A model generated the notes under the pieces. That model was not told the origin of the DNA. It searched no databases and saw only the letters and a list, made by a program, of their open reading frames with translations. From Candidatus Hydrogenedentota bacterium (GTDB lineage: Bacteria; Hydrogenedentota; Hydrogenedentia; Hydrogenedentales; SLHB01): DNA of 64,000 nucleotides. Both the position numbers and the translations under genes were made by a program. The DNA lies in NCBI GenBank assembly GCA_045863335.1, contig BTVY01000022.1:42753-106752 (forward strand), read 5' to 3'. Positions within the stretch are counted from its first letter, which is position 1; the number at the start of each line of letters is the position of its first letter. Shown in pieces: positions 57,735-64,000 of the stretch.

Positions 57735-59425
57735 GGCTTTACCTCCCGCAACTCGACATTATCCAGCCACAACTCGCCGGGCCAATACATCTGCGCGGAC
57801 ACTTCGATCCTCTTCGTCCCGGACGGGACGTAAGCGTACGCGACGTATTGCGTCCAGTCGTGGGTGCCGTTCTCCCATGGTTCGCCGATGGCCTGGGCCC
57901 AGATGTGATAGACCCACTCGCCCTTCTCGTCGAGGAAGACCAGGTCCAACACCGCCTTGCCGACGTCGGTCGCCTTGACATGCGCCGTGAACTGAACGAG
58001 GCAGTCCTCCCCCGGCGACTCGATGGTCTGCACGAAGGTTGCGTAGGGAAACTTGCCCTCGGTCTTCGTGATGTGCACGCCGCGGGTTGCCGCAAACCCG
58101 ATGCCGTCGTTCCATTCGAACTGGATGAGACTCTCGTTCCGCAATGTCCACGAATCGGGCACGAGCCCATCGTTGTTCTCGAAATCGCTGTTCATGAGCA
58201 GATTCTCGCCAACCTGGAAACTGCCGGCCAGCTCGTCCAGTTCCGAACGAATTGCCGCAGCGGCTTTTTCGTCGCCGCGTTGATCGGAGAGGGCCTTGGC
58301 GAGTTCGAGGGCCCGTTGCATCGAAGCGTTTGAAGCAGGTCCTTCAGCGGAATCGTTTTTGGCGCTCCCCGCAGACGTGCCCGGTTGCGCCAAGGCAGCG
58401 GCTACGACAATGCACGCGAGGAGTAGAGCGGCGCAGGTGCTCCATGTCCGCCCAACCCGCGGCCGGAATTTTTCCGCCGTGGTGATCCGCCGGATTCGGC
58501 GAATGAGGTGTCCTTTGTTGCTCGCCATGGCCTGCACGAAAGCGGGCCGCGGTTGCACCGCGACATGCAGCAGCGACTCCGCGTAGCCGGCCGCGTCCGT
58601 ACCATTGGTGGTGAGGGCCCAATCGTCGCACGCGTCTTCGCTCAAGAGGGCAAGACGGTTGCGCGCCCACCATGCGAGCGGGTGCCACGGCAGCGCGACC
58701 AGCACAAATGCCGACAACAGGTCCGCCAGATGATCGCGCCGCACGTAGTGCGCCAATTCGTGGGTGAACAGCGTCGCCCAGTCGGTATCACGGTCCGCCC
58801 GTTCTTCCGTAGGCACCAGCAAGGCAGGATGCACGCGCCAACACCAGACCGACGGACACCGCACCGCAGCCGACGCGAAGATCGTCGGTGTGACGGCCAA
58901 CCTGAGTTTATCGGAGGCATGGCGCGCGCCTTCCGTGTAGGGTGCATCGGTCACGAGCCGCGCTGACCGCAGGATGCGCAAGCCACCGAAGAAGGAGAGT
59001 AAGAAGTATAGCGCGGCGATTGCCGAAGTAGCGCCCCAGAACCAAGGCAGCGCACTTCGCCACCACGAAACAGACGCAGATGTTTGCGAGGAGGAATCGA
59101 TAGTGCTCAACGCTGTCTCATCGGTCCGTGACTCGGCTGCGGCGCGTTCCTCGTTGGGTGCTTGTGAAAACCCTTGCGTTGGCGCAGGCAGTTCGATAGA
59201 CGCCGGAGCAGTTTCCGCAAGGAGGCCAATCCCAAACTTATTCACGGCCAACGTCGTGATCGGTAGCGCGACAACGGCAACCAGCGCCAAGGTCAAGGCT
59301 CGGTGCGCCCGCGCCGGATGACTGCGCAGCGCGTAGCTGGCCGCCAAACCTGCCGCGAGGGCGACGGTAACTTGCAGGAACAGGAGCCCCAGAAACGGCC
59401 CGGAATTCAGTACGTTACTTTCCAT
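57731..59425 (-). CDS. BlaR1/M56-family membrane metallopeptidase with C-terminal CBM4/9-like domain
   Basis: TM segments, HELAHYVRRDHL, WHPLAWW, EDACDDWA and YAESLL motifs; C-terminal NLLMNSDFE...HDWTQY...GELWLDNVEL carbohydrate-binding-like fold. Confidence 0.85.
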   Translation of the reverse strand: MESNVLNSGPFLGLLFLQVTVALAAGLAASYALRSHPARAHRALTLALVAVVALPITTLAVNKFGIGLLAETAPASIELPAPTQGFSQAPNEERAAAESRTDETALSTIDSSSQTSASVSWWRSALPWFWGATSAIAALYFLLSFFGGLRILRSARLVTDAPYTEGARHASDKLRLAVTPTIFASAAVRCPSVWCWRVHPALLVPTEERADRDTDWATLFTHELAHYVRRDHLADLLSAFVLVALPWHPLAWWARNRLALLSEDACDDWALTTNGTDAAGYAESLLHVAVQPRPAFVQAMASNKGHLIRRIRRITTAEKFRPRVGRTWSTCAALLLACIVVAAALAQPGTSAGSAKNDSAEGPASNASMQRALELAKALSDQRGDEKAAAAIRSELDELAGSFQVGENLLMNSDFENNDGLVPDSWTLRNESLIQFEWNDGIGFAATRGVHITKTEGKFPYATFVQTIESPGEDCLVQFTAHVKATDVGKAVLDLVFLDEKGEWVYHIWAQAIGEPWENGTHDWTQYVAYAYVPSGTKRIEVSAQMYWPGELWLDNVELREVKP

Positions 59426-59810
59426 CTCGCCCCCTTTTGCGCCGCGCATCGATCATGGCGCGCATTTCGGCAAGGTCCTCCGCCGTCAGCTTCTCATCTT
59501 CAAGCAGATGCTGAAACATGAGCAGGGGATCGCCCTTGAAGGCCCGCGACACCAGGCGTTTCATGGCGCCCATGCCGACTTCCTCGCGCGAGCGCGTCGC
59601 GCGGAACACGTGCATGCGCCCGTCGGCGCGGTGTTTCAACCAGCCCGCCTTCTCCAACTTTTGCATGGTCGACAAGATCGTGGTGTATGCCAGCGGCTTC
59701 TTCTTCGCCAACCGGTCCCGCACCTCGTGGACCGTGGCCTCGCCCAGATCCCAGATGGCTTCCATCACCGACCGCTGCAACTCGCCCAAACTTTCCACCG
59801 ATTGTCTCAT
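59415..59810 (-). CDS. BlaI/MecI/CopY-family transcriptional repressor
   Basis: LGELQ..VME.IW..GEATV.EV, LAYTTILSTMQKLEKAGWL and F.GDP..M..HLL...LT.EDL motifs. Confidence 0.93.
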   Translation of the reverse strand: MRQSVESLGELQRSVMEAIWDLGEATVHEVRDRLAKKKPLAYTTILSTMQKLEKAGWLKHRADGRMHVFRATRSREEVGMGAMKRLVSRAFKGDPLLMFQHLLEDEKLTAEDLAEMRAMIDARRKRGRDGK

Positions 59811-59832
59811 GGCGGTTCTCCTGGAATGCGTT

Positions 59833-59872
59833 TACTACACGTCATAGTACTAAAAAGCGTAGTGGATGTCAA
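59833..59872 (-). promoter_or_regulatory. Promoter with two overlapping BlaI-type operator dyads
   Basis: Minus strand TTGACA-17-TACTAT. Dyads TACTAC-n5-ATAGTA (59833-59849) and TACTAA-n5-GTAGTG (59848-59864) cover the -10 and spacer. Confidence 0.8.
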
Positions 59873-59902
59873 GTCCGTTTTGAGTACACTCCGGGAAGCA
59901 GA

Positions 59903-60051
59903 TGTAGCGCAGGCGTCCCGCCTGCGAATTTGGCAGGCGGGACGCCTGCGCTACATGAACTTATACGCCAAACCTACGCCCTGTAGCGCCCGCCTTCCAT
60001 GGCGGGCATCTTTGGTTCCAGGTCCGCCCGGCGTGGAAGCCGGGCGCTACA
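59903..60051. repeat. Two tandem GTAG-type REP doublets (family A)
   Basis: tgtagcgcaggcgtcccgcctgc...gcaggcgggacgcctgcgctaca and tgtagcgcccgccttccatggcgggc...gcccggcgtggaagccgggcgctaca. Confidence 0.8.
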
Positions 60052-60066
60052 GCAGCGGTTCTTTGG

Positions 60067-61362
60067 TTATCCCAACTTCCACGGTGCGCGGTACTCGTAT
60101 TCGAGATACTGGTTCGCTTCCTCGTTGTTGGTGATGCGCTCGGTTTCGGGATCCCATTCGAGACGGCTGCGCGTCCACAGGGAAATGTTGCCGAGGTGCG
60201 CGATGGCGGTGGACACGTGGCCGATTTCCACATCGGCCTTGGGCCGTTCCCGGGTCTTCATGCAGTCCAGGAAATTCCTCATGTGGGCCTGCGTGTGCTC
60301 CGGGTCGGACGACTGTACCTCGATGGGTTCGAAGGGACGCTCCCACTCCTGGAACTGCCCCGGCCGCTCGGGCGTAACCTTATAGCCTTTGCTGTGCCCG
60401 TGGATCGTGCCGAGCGTGCCGCGCAACTCGATCTCCCCGGGGATGGCGCTCGTGCTGCTGGCTTCGTACTGGCCGAACTGCAGGAGGCGTCCCGCGGGAA
60501 ACTCGAAGATACTCGTCATCGTGTCCGGAATGGTGCGGTCATCCTTCACCGCGTAGACCCCGCCCATGGCGCAGATCGAGGTGGGCCATTCATCGCCTAC
60601 GAGCCAGCGCAACAGGTCGAAGTAGTGGACGCCCCAGTTGGTCGTTTGCGAGGAATAGGCCTTCCACCAGCGGAACTTGTAGGGCGCGATGTTTTCGTTG
60701 AAGGGCCGTTCCGGACGCGGCCCCAGCCACAGGTCCCAATCGAGGTCCGGAGGCGGCGCGCCGTCCGGTGCCTTGCCCATGCCGTCGGGATACATGTTGC
60801 TCAGTCGAAAGGCCTTCGACACGGTGATGTGCCCGAACTCGCCGCTGCGGATGCGTTCGCCGAGTTCCGCATACATGGGCGACGAGCGCCGCTGCGTGCC
60901 CACCTGCACGACGCGATCGGTTTCGCGCGCGACCTCCACCATGCGGCGTCCTTCGCGGATGGTGTAGGCCATGGGCTTCTCCACGTAGACATCCTTGCCC
61001 GCGCGGCAGGCTTCGATGGTCATGATGGCGTGCCAGTGATCGGGCGTGGCGATGGCCACCGCGTCGATGTCGTCCCGGTCGAGGATCTCGCGATAGTCCT
61101 TGTACCCCGCCACGTCCGGCCCCAGCTTCTCGCACCACTGGTCCAGGTAAGGCTGATACACGTCGCACACCGCGACAATCTGCGCGTCCTCGTGGGGCAG
61201 AATGGCGTTGATGACCTGGCCGCCCCGGTTCCCGATGCCGATGACGCCCATGCGAATGCGGTCGTTCGCGCCCTGTGCCCGCGCGGGCGCAAGCCCCGCC
61301 GCAATGGTCGCCGCGACCGCCCCGGTCTTTACAAAGGTTCTGCGAGTCATATCTGATGGCAT
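60067..61362 (-). CDS. Tat-exported Gfo/Idh/MocA-family oxidoreductase
   Basis: Twin-arginine signal TRRTFVK; GVIGIGNRG, IATPDHWH, VYVEKP, QVGTQRRS and NWGVH motifs. Start MPSD at 61362 with AGGAG RBS. Confidence 0.92.
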   Translation of the reverse strand: MPSDMTRRTFVKTGAVAATIAAGLAPARAQGANDRIRMGVIGIGNRGGQVINAILPHEDAQIVAVCDVYQPYLDQWCEKLGPDVAGYKDYREILDRDDIDAVAIATPDHWHAIMTIEACRAGKDVYVEKPMAYTIREGRRMVEVARETDRVVQVGTQRRSSPMYAELGERIRSGEFGHITVSKAFRLSNMYPDGMGKAPDGAPPPDLDWDLWLGPRPERPFNENIAPYKFRWWKAYSSQTTNWGVHYFDLLRWLVGDEWPTSICAMGGVYAVKDDRTIPDTMTSIFEFPAGRLLQFGQYEASSTSAIPGEIELRGTLGTIHGHSKGYKVTPERPGQFQEWERPFEPIEVQSSDPEHTQAHMRNFLDCMKTRERPKADVEIGHVSTAIAHLGNISLWTRSRLEWDPETERITNNEEANQYLEYEYRAPWKLG

Positions 61363-61543
61363 GGTATTGCTCCTATTGTTTGGGCCGAACAAAGGAACAT
61401 CGTAACGTAGTTCGCCGCCCTTCGCCAAGGCAGTGCGGCCGGATGGGTCTGTATCCTGGATGGAAGTATCTACGAGATTTCGTTAGTTTCGCGTAATGAA
61501 TTGCAGGTACCCATCTACAAACGCCCATTGCCGCCATGAATTG

Positions 61544-61918
61544 GCCACGAAAGAACGCAAAGAACTCAAAAAAGGGAGAACGAGTTCCTGTTGCGTTCCT
61601 TGCGGTCTTTTGTGGCCAATGCGTTTCATTCACTGGCAGTGGATCCGAACGGCTCCAGAATCAGCGCCGGAGGCGCGACAGGTGGTAGCCCAGGGCGCGC
61701 GCCGAAGGCGAAGCCCTGGGTACATGACCCATCTCCGGTCGAGCCCCGGATGGGGCGAAAGAACGATCAATTCCCGTTCGCTGCATGCGGAACTTGTAGG
61801 CTGACCGATGTCGGGTCTGTCGCCCCCTTCGGGGGCTTTCGCGATGTGATGGGAGCTTACTTACCCAACGTTCCGCTTCGCTCCACGTTGGGCTACCATC
61901 TTTCGCCTCTCACGAGGC
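61544..61918. repeat. Nonamer-periodic inverted pair (61544-61617) followed by an inverted pair of family E elements (61663-61762, 61816-61918)
   Basis: gccacgaaagaacgcaaagaactcaaa / ttgcgttccttgcggtcttttgtggc, plus family E hairpins. Confidence 0.7.
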
Positions 61919-62149
61919 GGGGAGCCGAGACAAGGCGCCTGGAGTTGTGTCGTACCTTGGCGCGTCGTGTATAAGGTGGCGACGTTCCGAAGAATTAACA
62001 GGTGTGGCGACGAAAATCGTAAGGTGATAATTCCGACCTTGTTTCACGCCCAATGAAAGCCGTCCTACTCGCCATGCTTCGGAAACGGTGCGGGATGCCG
62101 ATATTCGGGTCGCTGTCGTGATTTCCCGTGAATTACGACCTGAGCCCGC

Positions 62150-63145
62150 TCATTCGCTGACGGAATCGCGACGCACCAACTTGAGAAGTACCTCGCACGT
62201 GCCGCCCTCGGGCACTGCCACCGTTGGAACGCCGCCAGAAAGAACCCAATCGCCAGGGTCTTGCGGATCGTCGACAATGCTGACGTTCCACTTGCCGGGA
62301 TACGCATTTTCGATGCGGAATACGCCGTCATCATCCGAAGTAACGGTTGTCATGCCATTCACATCGGGAATACCAAACAAGCTCACTGGGATACCGCTCA
62401 AAGGGTAGCCGGTCGCTACGTCAACAACTTTACCGTGGACCTCTCCGGGACTCTTCGCGACAAATTCAAGTGGAGCATCGCCAATAGCGATATTCCTTTT
62501 GTACTGCCCGACCAGATTCTCGCGCGCCACGAGAAATGTATACGTCGCAATCGGGGCGGCCTGAATCTCGAATGTGCCGTCTTCGCCAGTCGACGTCATT
62601 CCATGCAACGGATACTCCCATGCATGAAGACTGCCTCGTTCAAAAGGGATTTCCGGGCTGGCATCTACTTGAGCGCCGCTTACCGGATTACCGCCCGTGT
62701 CAACCACGCGTCCGTGAATGTAATATGCGGGTTCCAGCCTGATATTCGCGCTATGCTCTGGTGCATCCGCTGAAAGCGAAATCGACCCGATGTATCGTCC
62801 TCGATCGACATATGCGGCGACCGTGTACGTGCTCAACGGGAGATTGCTCACCGTGAACGAGCCATCCGCATTCGTTTGCAGTTTCGTCCGCAGCAGCCGG
62901 CGACCTGTGGGCACTTCGAATACGTGGTCGGAGATGCGTTTCGGTTCTTCACTAATTCCTACCGTAGCATAGCCGGCGGGAGTACCATCGGGAGCAAGAA
63001 CAATTCCATTGATGACACCGATGTGCGGCAGCGTTTCCTGAACGTTCTTGTAGGTTGTCCCGTTAATTGTGACGTTCCACAGTTCCGCGATTGACGGTTC
63101 GAGTGCAATCACCGCCAAGCCGACACATACCGCAAACTGGCGCAT
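62150..63145 (-). CDS. Secreted protein with tandem carboxypeptidase-regulatory-like (Cna-B/Ig) domains
   Basis: Three repeats of I.G.V...G.P..GA.V...T..DG.F....L..G.Y. Lower GC than neighbours. Start at 63145 or 63166. Confidence 0.75.
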   Translation of the reverse strand: MRQFAVCVGLAVIALEPSIAELWNVTINGTTYKNVQETLPHIGVINGIVLAPDGTPAGYATVGISEEPKRISDHVFEVPTGRRLLRTKLQTNADGSFTVSNLPLSTYTVAAYVDRGRYIGSISLSADAPEHSANIRLEPAYYIHGRVVDTGGNPVSGAQVDASPEIPFERGSLHAWEYPLHGMTSTGEDGTFEIQAAPIATYTFLVARENLVGQYKRNIAIGDAPLEFVAKSPGEVHGKVVDVATGYPLSGIPVSLFGIPDVNGMTTVTSDDDGVFRIENAYPGKWNVSIVDDPQDPGDWVLSGGVPTVAVPEGGTCEVLLKLVRRDSVSE

Positions 63146-63365
63146 ATCCATCTCCCGATCTGCCATTCAGCTAATCAAGTCCCGCCGACGGCAGTTTGGT
63201 CTCTGTTATCGTAGTGCGGGGGCACTATGTTTCTCAACTCACTTGATGGCTGCGATCACCAGCCGCCCTACTCAGATGCGGAATTTCACAATGCCGCTCC
63301 GCGTTTCCTCGGTATTCCAAGTCAATACAGCGGTGTTGCATATCCAGAAAGGGGAATCACTGACC

Positions 63366-63884
63366 ATGGCCGAACGGACCGGAGAACTGACCTTCAAGGG
63401 GAATCCCTTGACCGTGCTGGGCGCGAAAGTGAAGGTGGGGGATAAGGCGCCCAATTTCAAACTACTCGGAACCGACTTGTCCGACGTAAGTCTAAGCGAC
63501 AGCGCGGGTAAGGTGCGCATCCTCAGCATCGTGCCTTCGCTGGATACGGGCATTTGCGACATTCAGACCCGCAAATTCAACGAGAAAATCACGGAATTCG
63601 GCGATGGCGCCATCTGCTACACCATCAGCGCCGACCTCCCCTTCGCCCAAAAACGCTGGTGCGGGAATGCGGGCGCCGATAACGTTGTTTGTTTGTCCGA
63701 CCACCGGGACATGAGTTTCGGCGACGCATACGGGACGCATATCAAGGAGCTTCGGCTCGAACAGCGGGCCGTCATCGTGGTGGACAAGGACGGTGTGGTC
63801 CAGTACGCCGAATACGTGCCCGAAGTGGCCCAGGAACCGGAATACGACGCGCCCCTCGCGAAAGCGAAGGAGCTTCTCAGTTAA
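63366..63884 (+). CDS. tpx: Thiol peroxidase
   Basis: TFKGNP, GDKAPNF, VPSLDTGICD.QTRKFN, ISADLPFAQKRWC and EPEYD motifs. Confidence 0.95.
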   Translation: MAERTGELTFKGNPLTVLGAKVKVGDKAPNFKLLGTDLSDVSLSDSAGKVRILSIVPSLDTGICDIQTRKFNEKITEFGDGAICYTISADLPFAQKRWCGNAGADNVVCLSDHRDMSFGDAYGTHIKELRLEQRAVIVVDKDGVVQYAEYVPEVAQEPEYDAPLAKAKELLS

Positions 63885-63915
63885 GAAGACAGAGCGCAAG
63901 GCTGTCTGGGATGGA

Positions 63916-63950
63916 AGGCCGGCATCAGGTAGGGATGTCGGCCTCTTTTT
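63916..63950 (+). terminator. Intrinsic terminator after tpx
   Basis: aggccggcatc-aggtagg-gatgtcggcct followed by cttttt. Confidence 0.8.
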
Positions 63951-64000
63951 GTGCGCCCGGCAGGGCGCGTTCACTTGAGGGTGCAAGTCCCTTACAGGCC
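63951..64000 (+). mobile_element. 5' end of a probable class C (IIC) group II intron, cut by the window end
   Basis: GTGCGCCCGGCAGGGCGCG...GGGTGCAAGTCCC starts with the GUGYG consensus immediately after the T-run of a terminator, the characteristic IIC insertion site. Confidence 0.75.

Overview
GC-rich bacterial chromosomal window, mostly housekeeping and carbohydrate genes. Its style suggests an uncultured lineage such as Candidatus Hydrogenedentota, but this is a guess that the sequence alone cannot prove. Main content: pyrR-pyrB-pyrC; recF...dciA-gyrB-gyrA interrupted by a ~2.8 kb accessory insert; an ECF sigma/anti-sigma pair; a UvrD/Rep helicase; creB-creC plus a cre-tag-preceded operon ending in a creD-like gene; a sucrose synthase/sucrose-phosphate synthase/fructokinase cluster; tRNA-Ser(CGA); rpsU; xylB; rluD; two tandem leuB-family paralogues; secreted glycosidase-like proteins; a blaI/blaR1-like pair with its operator; and tpx followed by what appears to be the 5' end of a class C group II intron. 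The most striking unexplained signal is four short genes (50-69 aa; two are below the ORF-track cutoff). They share a conserved basic 15-17 aa N-terminal leader, M[KS]H[VI]xx[LIV][ST]x(3-5)P[VA]xA, fused to unrelated Trp-rich or Cys-rich cores. Three form a tandem array behind the ECF/anti-sigma pair, and one is a stand-alone transcription unit 7 kb away. This is a candidate undescribed leader-directed peptide (RiPP-like or secreted) system. Intergenic regions also carry at least seven unrelated short-repeat families, and two accessory genes are each broken by a single in-frame TAG. All protein calls are by motif recognition, without database searches.
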